In this document: piece after piece, positions 36,618 to 48,320 of the stretch | How the letters are laid out: each line of letters opens with the position of its first letter | Numbering within the stretch: the first letter of the stretch is position 1 | Assembly (NCBI GenBank): GCA_051362555.1 | Contig: CM120645.1 | Span: forward strand, 12,586,001 to 12,650,000 | Reading direction: 5' to 3' | Source: Lingula anatina | Taxonomy: Eukaryota; Animalia; Brachiopoda | DNA length: 64,000 nt | Translations under genes and position numbers: made by a program | Notes under the pieces: model-generated | The model's input: the letters and a program-made list of their open reading frames with translations, nothing else | The model's database searches: none | Told to the model about the DNA's origin: nothing

Positions 36618-38592
36618 CTAGATTGTCGCGGCACGGGGGTTTTCTTTTAAAAACCAATATATAACATTGCCGCCTTTGTCGACAAATGTCACATTAGCCA
36701 CATTGTTGTGAATTGTCACCCCCACGAACCCTGGTGTGGATTCGAAGAACTCACTCGTGTATCCTTTATCTACGACGTCCTGAAGGCTCTCTTCGCTCCG
36801 GTCGTACAGCTTCGACCCGGAACCGGAAATGACGTACTCGGTTGGGCGCGTGCCGTGGCTGATGTGCTCCAGACTGTGGTCGTGGCCTGAAAAGTAAAAG
36901 GCGACCTTTTCTTCCTCCATGGCTTTACGGTACGAGCTGGAGCTGTACATGGTAGGTGTGCCGCCATGCTTTCCCGAAGAGAGAACGGGGTGGTGGCCCA
37001 CAGCGATTGTCCAGTCAGCCGACGATCTGGTGATAGCTTTCTTCATCCACTTCATCTGCATTTTACTCTTGCAATTTTCGGTGTCGGCCACAATGAACTC
37101 GATCGTCACTTGGTCGCCTTCGTGGTCTTGTACTTCAAAAGTATAATACAAATTCGGCATGTACCATCTCCAGTCCACTGTTTGATGAGCCTTCACCTGG
37201 TAGATTGCGTTGCCCCAGTAATGGTCGTGGTTGCCTAGACACGCGTACCACGTGATGTTAAGACTCGGGTCAACGTAAACGTCCCGGTAGAGTGTGTTCC
37301 ATAACGGATCAGTTAAACTGCTCACACCCTCGTTGTAGAAGTTGTCTCCAACAGTAAGCACGAAACGGGCATTGTTAGCCTCCGCCCACTCGCCCATTGC
37401 CTTGGCAACCTTTGCTTGGTGGGATGAGTTGTAGCCCCAGTCTCCCAGCACGATGAACGAAGTCTTGCCTAAAGAAAGAAAATTCAATTGTGAATCCATT
37501 TCGTTGCATTTATTAGGGTACCTAGGTCATAATATGACCCGGTCATTATGGTCGTATTTCAGCCTACCTCCTTGATGCTAGAAATAGGCTATAGTTCTTA
37601 CAAAATGTTTACTTATTTATTTTTGTTTAAACCTCTCAGTAATATTTCTCTTTCAAAAATGGACCTTACGTAACACGGACCTTTCACACAACTCGGCCAA
37701 ACTCGAGGAAGTGGCGTATTGGTGAAAGCACCAAAACTTGGCGCCCCCCCCCCCCCCCTCCTTAATGCAACCCATTTCATTGTCAAACAGGGTAAGGTTT
37801 CTTTTCCTATCAGAGTTATCACTGAATTGCATCCCTCATTGTTATAACATATTTTAGCGTAAGTAGTTTGACAGCCTAAATCTAAACCATTCCCATCTGC
37901 GCCTTTTCAGTCAAGGCACGGACAAATCGTTGGAAGGGGCTCGCACGCGAGACGAGACCAAAGGATAATCAGCTAAGCGCAATCCCTGCGCAAAGTCAAC
38001 TGCGTTCGGATCACGTGAACTCCCGTACAGGTAGGGCAGATTTGCGGTCATCTCTTACTTTTCGTGTCACTTAGACCGGAAAGCTTGGGGCAGATTTTCG
38101 GGTGAATGAGACAAAGGAATCGTAGAGAGAAGGTGCTAGTATATTTCACTGTATAAAATAATTTGTCCTTGTTTAAGAATTATAGACATATACAGGTTCA
38201 AATGCCATCTGGAACTTCACTGTTGTGACAGTAAATCTCTTCTCCCCATCTTTTGCCTTCTGTTACTGTATTAGAAGCGACTGACAAATACGGATGTGTC
38301 AGGAATGGTAGTCCGCTACGAACCGAAGTCCGTTTTTCATTTATATGTAAGTGAGATTCGCCCTACAGTATGTAACGACTCCAATACTTCTCCAACCTGT
38401 ACTAATCATATGGGACCCCGGACCTCCTTTCCAAGGACTACCATTCCTGTCACACCTGTCATACAGTACGCTACCTGGAAAATTGAAGGGCAGCTAATGC
38501 ACAACAAAAATAAACTTACCTTGTACTTTTGCAATCCATAAAAAACTCAGTGAAATGACCATCAACAGAACGAAGACAACAGTTTTCGCCAT
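36618..38592 (-). CDS. ACP5: Tartrate-resistant (purple) acid phosphatase type 5-like, secreted, 307 aa
   Basis: Signal-peptide exon 38592-38520 (MAKTVVFVLLMVISLSFLWIAKVQG) splices in phase 1 to exon 37468-36618; all metal-ligand motifs present: GDWG, GDNFY, GNHDH, GHHP, GHDH. One-to-one orthology to ACP5 not established. Confidence 0.92.
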
Positions 38593-38785
38593 CTGGAAGA
38601 ACAAAATTATTTAAATCTTTAATAAAAGAATGTCTGAATAAATCAGTAGCTAAATATATGAATGTCTGAATAAATAAATAAATAATGAACAATATAATAC
38701 ATGGACAAACGAATGGAGGTGAACGTTGTTCTTCTAAGTCCCATACGATAACTATAGTTCTTTTCTCCCTGTGTGTAACTCGTAC

Positions 38786-38852
38786 CTTGCAATTGTCTGT
38801 GCGGACCTGCCTAAATTTTTGATCGTGTTCCTCATACCATGCTGTTTTTATA
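38786..38852 (-). promoter_or_regulatory. TATA box and short non-coding first exon of the ACP5-like gene
   Basis: TATAAAA on the minus strand at 38852-38846; donor GCAAG|gtacga at 38786/38785; acceptor ttcttccag immediately before the ATG at 38592. Confidence 0.5.
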
Positions 38853-39788
38853 ACTTGGCACATGCGCTCTTGATTACCGTGGCCAGGATTGCGGGCGCAC
38901 CTTCCCAAATCAACGCCAAATTATATGCGCCTGCGGTACCAGTAGAGAAGAAGATTGTTCAATTTCTTCATTATTTTCTTAGAGTGCTGGTCTCTTAGAA
39001 ATGATCATTGCCTGTCACCGGGTTCCTAAATCGCCGATTATTCCCCCAAATCAAAGAGAAAATTATGGATAAAATACAGAAATAATAAAGGATTCAGTGA
39101 ATTAGACAGAAATTGGCATAATGAAGCATAGGAATACGGGTACAAAACAAAATTTGTACAGCAATTTTTTTCTTATTGATCTAAAGTGATCTATCCTCCT
39201 ATAACTTGATGATTTTGCCGCAGACTTTCTAATGAGGTTAAAGTTGGATAGATCTATATTTGTCTTTTTCTATTTGTTACGTTTGTTTTGCAAAATTAAA
39301 AATATATTATTTTTTAAAAATTGTAAAGGTTAAAGTTGCTTTAACAGTTGTTTATGCACTGTTAAACTGTTCATTTATACTTTTTATTATTTAATTGTTA
39401 TTTCATATAATCGTTTTTGTGTTGCTGGTTTCTTTAATCTAGGTGGTAAAACATTTTCTACTAATGCAGACTCTAATGAACACATATGCACGTATGATTT
39501 TAAAATATTTTTTTTACCCTGGAAGGGGATGGGACTGAGAAGGACCAGAAAAAATAATTGAAAATTGTCTATACCAAAAAGAAAAAAAATACTTTTTTTA
39601 CAATAAATCCTTTTTGGTTTTGATCTCCTCACTCCTCTACGAAATGTTAAACAAGAAAAAACTCTTGGTTTATGTGGGAGTGAGTTAGAATAAGCACTGG
39701 TGATGGTGTTTACGCTATGAACTTAATTGGAAAGGATTATTAGCCGAACTAATTTTTTTCATCCACTTGCCCTGAAAACAATTTAGCG

Positions 39789-39832
<44 letters not shown>

Positions 39833-40527
39833 AGCCAGCCGACAGTCACAGAGAGAAAGATATGCATGTGTCAACTGTAAAGAAATACAGACATAAAAAC
39901 GGACGTACCCGCATGCACGCGCGCGCGCACACACACATTCACACAGAGAGAGAGAGACAGAGAGAGAGAGAGACACACACACATAGGGACAAACCGACAG
40001 AGAAATAGACGAAAATACCAAAGAAGCTGACCGACCTGTAAATAAGGAAGTAAGCAGCAAGACATACAGACAACTTACTTTAAAGAAAAAAAGAAAAAAA
40101 AACCGATGCAGGTATCCTACCATTGAGCAGCTTGTCTGAAATGGTGGGAAGAATCCTGTATTTGTAGACAGAAAAAATATGGCGGTTCCATGGTGTTTGG
40201 AGCGAGCACTAAGTCTTATGTACATTTGTATGCAGCGTACCTGTCCGTGCTCGCATTACTTACAGAAAGCATTCATGACTTGCGCAAGCATAATGCACCT
40301 CTCTCTCTCTCTCTCTCTCTCATAAACTTGGTTTACTTTTTGTTCTGAAGATGCCTTTGAAACAAGGAAATGCTGAGAGAGTTCCTCCGTTTAAATATTA
40401 AAAATTCTTGAAACGATGTCTCTTCGAATCATAATTATGCCGTGATTATGTCATGTTAGCTGAAGCATTATCATACATGGTCAACTATTTCTGCATGCAG
40501 GCATAATTGCAACTTAGGTCTAAGGAT

Positions 40528-40600
<73 letters not shown>

Positions 40601-40913
40601 GTTGTTGTTGTTTTGTTAAACATCTGTCGTGTTGCTTATGTTTTTCTTATTTTTTATTTTTTTTTGTAATAAAAGCTGAAATTAAACAAATAATTCAAGA
40701 AAATAATTATAAAAGACTTTTAAAACAACTAAAAAGCATGCGTTAGAAAGGTCTTAACCTGAGGTACAATAAAACCATATAACCATGTAAAACTATCTCG
40801 ACGCATTCCATGCCACGTAACGTATTTCGAGCTCGGGTGCGTCCATGTTGTGGTAGTTGAGATTCCCGACGCATTCAGTTTCGACACATCCAAGGCACTT
40901 GTTTGTAAATTAC

Positions 40914-41146
40914 AACTAGAAAAGCACTCCGAGAGCGCAGACCTCCGCCAAGGCAGCGATTTTTTATTATTATTATTGATTACTGATTATTGATCCGGAT
41001 CACCACCAACAACTAATCATCTCTTCCTTGGCCTACTTCTGACCTACCCTGAAAATTTCATCAAAATCGGTCAATAACTTTTTGAGTTATGTTGATGACA
41101 GACAAACAGGGGTGTAAACATAACCTCCTAACCTAAGTGGAGGTAA
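40914..41146 (+). mobile_element. Short Helitron/Helentron-like non-autonomous element (second copy)
   Basis: Colinear homologue of 1361-1597. Confidence 0.65.
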
Positions 41147-42209
41147 TTATTGACGTTATAAATAGGCGAAATATTTTGTACCACTTCTTCCGCGTCTTTG
41201 AGGTCAAAATGTGAAAGAAAATTAAATGGGCGATACAAGAATATATTTAATATGAATCCAAACATTTCTGGGACGCTACGAATTAATTATTTTGATAAAA
41301 ATGCATATCTCATTAATGAGTACATTTTCTTTTTACTCATATTGGAAATACCTGACGTTACTCTGTGTACAGATGCGGAGTGATAGTCCTTTTTTAATTT
41401 TCAGTTTTTCTTTGCTTTAAGTTTTGAGATACATACTGGTCATTTATTCCATATTTTAATTTGGCTTTTGACTTCTGACTGCTAATAATGTATGAAATTA
41501 GAGGGAGAAATTCCCTACCCTTAAGGCTGGCCTTTCGTTATAATAACGTGCACTTTAAGAAAACTGGAGACTTAAATTAAACGATGTCTTCGTTCCCATA
41601 GCTATACACAATGGTTCTCATACTTTGCACAAGATTTGTTAAAACAAATTGTTCTCAAAACGTTCGCCAGAAGAAAAGAATGTTAAAAAATCGTAACGAA
41701 ATCTAGTCGTGTTTATTTGAAATATATACAATTTGCGCGCTCAACTGTGATAAATTGTGATCTCCAAAAAACGGTGTTGATAATATATATATAACATAAT
41801 TAATCAAGTTGAACTCTTGTATTCCAAAGATCTACAAAATCGTTAAATGTTAATACATATTAACTGTAATTACACAGATTCTTGACAAAGAAGTATATTC
41901 TTGGTTACAATATCACAGCATCAGAAAAAGAGTGAAATATACTTAACAAATCGATAGTTAAAGTTTACTCTTAATTCCAGACACAACAACAAGTACAACA
42001 ACAAAGGAGACGCAAAATCACAAATATTAAGACTAGAGACCAGATTAAGAGTTTCTATATTTAAGGTTTCCGAATTGCATAGTATGAATATGTTTTGCTA
42101 TGGCAAAAAGAGACTCTAACGAAAGGCTGTGTGCATTAATGACGCCATTGTCCCGAGAACTTTCTAACCATTCACGGACCGCAACGTCTTTGCTGCGTGC
42201 CATGTTTAA

Positions 42210-42533
42210 CTATTTCTTGAACGCCGAGAATAGCAAGCTGCAGGCTTCGCACATCGGGTCACACAGACAGTGGATGCAAGTGGAATAGAACTTCTTGAAG
42301 CAGCCCAAGTTGATTTCGCATGCCTTGTACATCGGGGTATAGTACCAGATATGGTCGAAAGCGATGCCAGCGAACTCGCAGCCCCAGCAGAGGGCGATGA
42401 AGATGCCACAGAGGAACGTGAGGATCTTGTAGCAGAGGTTTTTCCCACAAGTGAAGCATTTGTGAGAGTTGGTCCAAACGCAGTCAATGCTGTGGGTTCC
42501 ATCGGGCTCGGCGAAGATTTCTTCAAAGTCCAC
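42210..42533 (-). CDS. Caveolin terminal exon with no private first exon (candidate alternative last exon of CAV-b)
   Basis: Intact 324-nt exon VDFEEIFAEPDGTHSIDCVW...AFKK* preceded by acceptor catgtag; I found no RDP-encoding exon in 42534-44084. Confidence 0.8.
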   Translation of the reverse strand: MDFEEIFAEPDGTHSIDCVWTNSHKCFTCGKNLCYKILTFLCGIFIALCWGCEFAGIAFDHIWYYTPMYKACEINLGCFKKFYSTCIHCLCDPMCEACSLLFSAFKK

Positions 42534-42715
42534 CTACATGTTAATAGTGCACTTAAATTGGTTTTGTTATTATAACACATCATTCAATCCTAAATTGTTA
42601 CACAAGAAAACTGAAGACACTTCTGGTTATTTTTACTATGTTTTCATTGGTGAAAGATGGTTTGGAAATGATATTTTTATACATGGCATTTTTTCGAAAG
42701 CATAATTTTGATTAA

Positions 42716-43052
42716 AGGGATAATACGCTTCGTTTCGGCCAAAAAATGAATTTTCCTGGAGTAAACAACAATTTGCCCATACTTACCAATGATTAATGAA
42801 TCCATTTTTACATTCAAAGTTAATCCCTGATTTTTTTGTAAAAAGTTTGGTTTTTTGTTAAAATCTCTCAAGAGATTTTTAACAGAGTATAGCCATCAAT
42901 GGAGGTCACGTGGTCTAAAGACAAGCTCAGATATCAGAATAATAGCTATAATTGCCATTTTTGTGGTAAAACAGAATATATTATATTTCTATAAGTTATT
43001 CACAATGTTTTTATTGTGAAATATAGATCTCATACGAAGAGTTATTATCCCT
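42716..43052. mobile_element. Kolobok-like MITE family A, intact copy
   Basis: TTAA TSD and AGGGATAATA TIR. Confidence 0.85.
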
Positions 43053-44084
43053 TTAACAGCAAAATTTTAAAAAGACAAGCTGTCAATTACATAATTAATA
43101 CGCATTTAGTACTTCACAGAAGTGTCTTGTTTTCTTTTTTGACACAGTCAAAATGAATAAGAATAAGGCAAAGTGTTAATAATGAATTAAAATAAATAAA
43201 GGCTAAGTGCAAATGTCAGTAATAAATACGCCCATCAAAGTGCACATAAGAAGCAACCAATTTCCCTGTTAATTAAATAGTAAAAAACTGAGCATTAATA
43301 AAAATACTGAAATGCAAATCCAAGGTATAATGAACTAAATAAACAAATTAAAACTCAAACAATAAATTGATTAGTGATCAGTTAAAATGAATTATTTCAT
43401 AAACTGTCTAATTATATTTCAAACAATCAAATAAAATAAGGGAAAATATGTGATGATTGTTATTAAAAGATAAATAATAGATTTTTATATCGCGATTTTT
43501 CAAACAAAATTGAAAAACTCGCACGCACACACAACACGCAATCAGTCTGAAATAACAACGTTGCAGTTTTTCAAAAGTAATTTTATTCAAAAACAGGCAA
43601 GAAAAGAGAAAAAGTAAATTTTGAAAGAAATAATTTTGCAACAACACTTGCATAATATCAATGAGAGTGAAATGTATATTACAATATTGAGGACACAAAG
43701 TTGCGTTTTCTTAGTTTTGGTGTAAATGTTTTGGTTTTTGTGTGATTGAGTCACATACCGGGGTACCAAATATTGACTACCTATTGTCACGTATGTCATT
43801 GTGGCAAATACATTTGTATGCACATCCGTAGGGCTCAAAAGTTTAATAAATTGACATTAAATTGTATGTACATATACGTGTTGATAATGAGAGCCGGTTA
43901 AAAAAGACAACACCACTAGCTAGTTTAAAGACCACGATCAAAACGAACACTCTACATCACAGTAAGACAGGTCATCTGGCAGTATAGTTTAAGGTTTAAA
44001 ACGATACCGGCCGACCCAGATGAACATAGAGTCAGCGCTGGCCATTCGGCTGTTGGTTCCTGTGACGACAGTCCTCGTCTGTCG

Positions 44085-47000
44085 CTACTTTTTGAACGCT
44101 GCGAAGAACAAGCTGCAGGCTTCACACATTGGATCACACAGACAGTGGATGCAGGTGGTGTAGAACTTCTTGAAGCAGCCCAAGTTGATTTCGCAAGCCT
44201 TGTACAACGGGGTGAAATACCAGATGTGGCTGAAAGCGATACCGGCGAACTCACACCCCCAGCACAGGGCGACGAAGATGCCGCACAGGAAGGTGAGAAT
44301 CTTGTAGCAAAGGTTCTTGCCACAGGTGAAGCACTTGAAGGAGTTCCTCCAAACGCAATCTGCACTGTGGGTTTGGTCTGGCTCGGCGAAGACTTCCAAA
44401 AAATCCACCTGGAAACGGAGAAGAACTACTAAGCGAAGGCACATGGTAATCACAAAAGCGCAGGTACTAAATAGATCGCGTAACTTGGAAAAAAATGAAG
44501 AGGGAAGCTAGAATTGCATATTATCCCATTCATGTAGATCTTCCTATTCAAATTGAAAATTTTGGCACAATGCCCTTACCATATTTTCCATTATGACAAG
44601 ACGCATTTGGAAAATGTGGACGGCAGCATGTGTTTTCTCTGACACTTTCTTTAAAGAATATATGCCATATGAAATGTGGTGGAAAACAAATTGCCGGAGT
44701 GAAAAAGGTACTTGTGTTTGCTATGACTTTTTTCAACACCGTTTTTGAGCTTTTTTATAATCAAGATCATTTGATATGCCTTTCTTGGTTTGAATTTCAA
44801 ATGACTGACAAATTAGTTGCATCCTCTTCTAAATAAAAGCACTATAAAGAATAAAGGAATAATTCGAACTAAAGCAACGAAATGGCGTATACACATATTT
44901 ATATATAAAACAATACAGAAATAAACATTTAACAACGCCATAATAAAGAATCATATAAAGCAGAATATCATACAGCTGACATGTCTGAAAAGGATTATGG
45001 GAACGTGATCTAAGGTTGAATCTAAAATCTGGAATATAGAGCAGAACCGAATATGCTGAATAAAAGACGGAATGAAAAGTCAAATAACACAGCTACAGGT
45101 TGTCTAATAATCCTAGAATATACTTCGATACAGTGGATGAATAGTCATGTATATGGGAGTGTGCTTTTAGGTTTATTAGACGAGATTGCTACCTGTGAAC
45201 ACTCCATTACCGATACGTCCTTCACCTGCATAGCGGAGTTAAGCGTTGGTTTTTCAGGTTTAAAGAATAATAAGCAAGAAAATCGGGTCTAGTTCTACCT
45301 GAAACTCTTTTTCAGATAATCTCAGGAAACGACGAAGTATATGTTGCTATTTGTTCGACTTGCTAGTTCTATAGGCCCTACACCTAGATGAAATGTTGAA
45401 TTTGACAAAGAAAGGGTTCTTAAATGCGGATAGCTAGAAGCAGGAAGGAGAGCTAAGCGAACCTAGAACATCAACGCGAAAAAAGTACATATATAAGCGG
45501 CTGAAACCTAAGGTACGTGAAAGGAGATAAATGATCAAAGAGGAGATAATAAATTATCAATGATCATGGGTTCTAAGATATTTGGTGGAAGAAATGGGGT
45601 TGGGTAACTGCACTACTTCCCCCAGCATGCCCGTTGAGAAGGCTAGTGCTTCTCAGCAGAGTTTACCTCAACTGTTGCAATGGTTGGCCCGTTGCCCGTT
45701 GCTCTATGGCATGTGTCTCCTCCATCTTGATTTATTTACTTTGGTTGATGTGGTCTTGGAAGGAAGAAATGGTCTTAATTCCCTGTACATTTCTGAGCGA
45801 CCAAAGGAAAACAAATACTCACTGGAAGTGATGTCACACAACAACGGCTTTTGTCACTTTTTACGTTTTTCCTAAACTTTTTTTTGTAATTCCTGAAGGT
45901 AAAGAAGTGAATAAGAAACCCCGTCCATCCTGTTTAATTTTGAAGGGCGACAGAGACCTCCCATCTCCTCATACGGTACACATTAGATCCCGTTCAGAAC
46001 ACCCTTCAAGGTACACCTTAATAACGGTTGCCATGGTCACTGCCACACCGGGCTTCTTTTGAGAGCCTTCTTTACATCGCACACGCCTAGCGCATACACC
46101 TAACTTAATGTCATTGAAAAAATTTTTTCCTTCTCTATTTATTGTGGTATTAGTGAATTCTGCAATAACTATACTAAAAAAATATAATATCTATAAGTAA
46201 CAAAAAATGATATCGAGGCCAAAAGGCCAAGCGTGGCCTTGAAATATACTCCTAAGAAGCAGAACCTTGGTACCCTCTGTCACGACCACCGATTGATTTT
46301 TCACTAGAAATTTTAAGATACGTCTCTAGCTTAATTACTGTACTTTTCTCCTCGCGACAAAGCACAGTCACATAATTATCTGCGACCCTGGTAGAGGGTA
46401 AAAGCTGTGCATAGTTATGGAAAATTGGCATTGTTTGCCAGTGTACACTCCTGTTCCGAGTGTCAACATAGCTTATGCCTACCAATCCATGCGATCACCA
46501 AACAAAGGGAGGCGCAAACAAAAGTCTTGATAAAGCCTTTGGGGTACACTAATTCCATTTTCTCTGTTTTCCCTAGTAACTGGGTTAATGGGCTATCTTT
46601 TGTTTATTTATTGCTATCTTTTACAAAGTCCAAGTGATCTAAAACAATGGAATCGTTTAGTTTTTTGATAGTTGCAAGAGCTTTTATCATTTAGATAGCC
46701 CTGTTTGTTTTGATAGCTCTTTGCAGTGAGATTTCTGATTTCTGATCGCTGGAAGCTGATGGTTATTGTTTTTTAGTTAGTATTTTCGAAATCTTCTCAA
46801 ATGCTTAACCAAAATATACGAAATTTTAATAATAATTTTGCCATGTCTATAAGTTCAGATTCATATTTTTACCCCAAATTTTGGACGTATTCGCTATTGC
46901 ATTGCATTCTTTAAATAACTCTTTATTTAATTTTTAATAATCCTATGCCAAGAAAATTTATAAATCTGATTTATTGGATTAACCTTTTTTTCTGAGAGTT

Positions 47001-48320
47001 TATTAATGATTTGACACCACTTACTACCTCATTTACCCTTTTTGGGAGAGGGGCAAAGGGACTTTTAGTAAATCAAAAATTAATGAAATATATTTCGGGT
47101 GTATAGACATAACGTAACTTAACTATACTATGTTAAAAATAAGAACCTAATTAGTTGTAAAAAGTATTGTAATTCGCGTTCGCTCACGAAAATGGATATC
47201 GTCCAAGGTGAGTCAAACCTGTAAATGATAATGCTGAATACTACATTATATATTTAAGTTGGTCAAAATCGCAACAGAGACCTGTTTGAAAAATTAATTA
47301 GCTCTCATTGTCTATAGCTATTCCTAAAAAAACTAAAATCGTCACTGGAATTCAATCAATTTAGCAGTTAATAAAAATGTATTACAGCGTATACTACTAA
47401 TAATAAAAAAATAATAATGATGATGATAATGATAATAATAATTTGATTTCTTTCTTAGTTGTTCCATTCACTTTATCATTTTCTCCTGTCAACTGCCAGT
47501 GCTACTGGGCACCAACGGTCCGGTCATATTTCTATTGTTCTCGCCTCGGCAGCCATGGTACCCAATCACGTGACCTATACGACTCGGGGAGGGCGGGTGG
47601 TGGGTGTATAGTTAGATATTCAATGCTAAGCACGAAATGAGAAAAAAAAAGGATAATTTTTTACATCAGTTTGGCCCTATTCACATAGTTTCTCTTTTCC
47701 ATAACAACCATTATTCCTTAATGGTGCTCTTCCCTATTTAACACGAATAAATGCTAATTCGATAGCAGCTATACGTTTATTAATTATTTATCGCGCGCGC
47801 TGCTGTTGTCTATCGGTTAGAGCTGACAAGATCAATTATAATAATTTGGCATAGATGCATCTTTCTCTCTTCAGCAACTCTATGACGCCACAAGCTTCGT
47901 CAAATTTGCTTATTAATCTTCTCTATTTTTCTCTCTTTATTTTTTACTATATACCACCGGTAATGTGAAAAGGCAAAGACTGTTCGGAACAAAATAAATC
48001 TTAAGTAATGAAGTTTGGGGAAAAGAAGTTTTAGTCTTGTCTTATAGGAGACTGCCTTTGAGTATGTGCTAATATTTGCTTGTACTATTTAATGCTCCTG
48101 AATTTGGGGCACATTTTCAAATTAGAAGGTAAAACTCCAACAAGGAACATTTAATGAGCGCGCAATTTTATAGAAGTCAAATTCAGTGTGTGCAACGGTG
48201 CACGGATACTGCGCTTCGAAATTCGGTCTGTAAAAAAGTAGCATTTCAACTCACCGTCATGTAGTCATACATGTTGTTTGGATCACGATTGATCAGATCA
48301 ATTTCTTGGGTTTCTGCCAT
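44085..48320 (-). CDS. Caveolin-like protein (CAV-b, 129 aa, 2 coding exons)
   Basis: Exon 48320-48255 (MAETQEIDLINRDPNNMYDYMT; caveolin D-L-x-x-RDP motif) spliced phase 0 to exon 44408-44085 (VDFLEVFAEPDQTHSADCVW...; variant of the FEDVIAEP signature, scaffolding and intramembrane segments). Confidence 0.88.

Noticed and set aside
38385-38455. Sequence shared between the ACP5 intron and GNS intron 10, suggesting a third GNS relic
   Set aside because: Short match with no adjacent exon remnants; a dispersed repeat fragment explains it.
42210-42221. C-terminal KK of the caveolins as an ER-retrieval signal
   Set aside because: Canonical signals are KKXX or KXKXX; here the lysines are the last two residues.
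42206-42583. Overlapping alternative-frame and antisense ORFs on the caveolin exons (also 43952-44511, 53454-53883)
   Set aside because: By-products of GC-rich codon usage in duplicated exons; no independent start, splice or motif support.
45600-45830. Candidate extra caveolin first exon with donor TTGAG|gtaaac
   Set aside because: ATG frame ends in phase 2 and lacks the RDP motif; the phase-0 frame has an upstream stop and no ATG.
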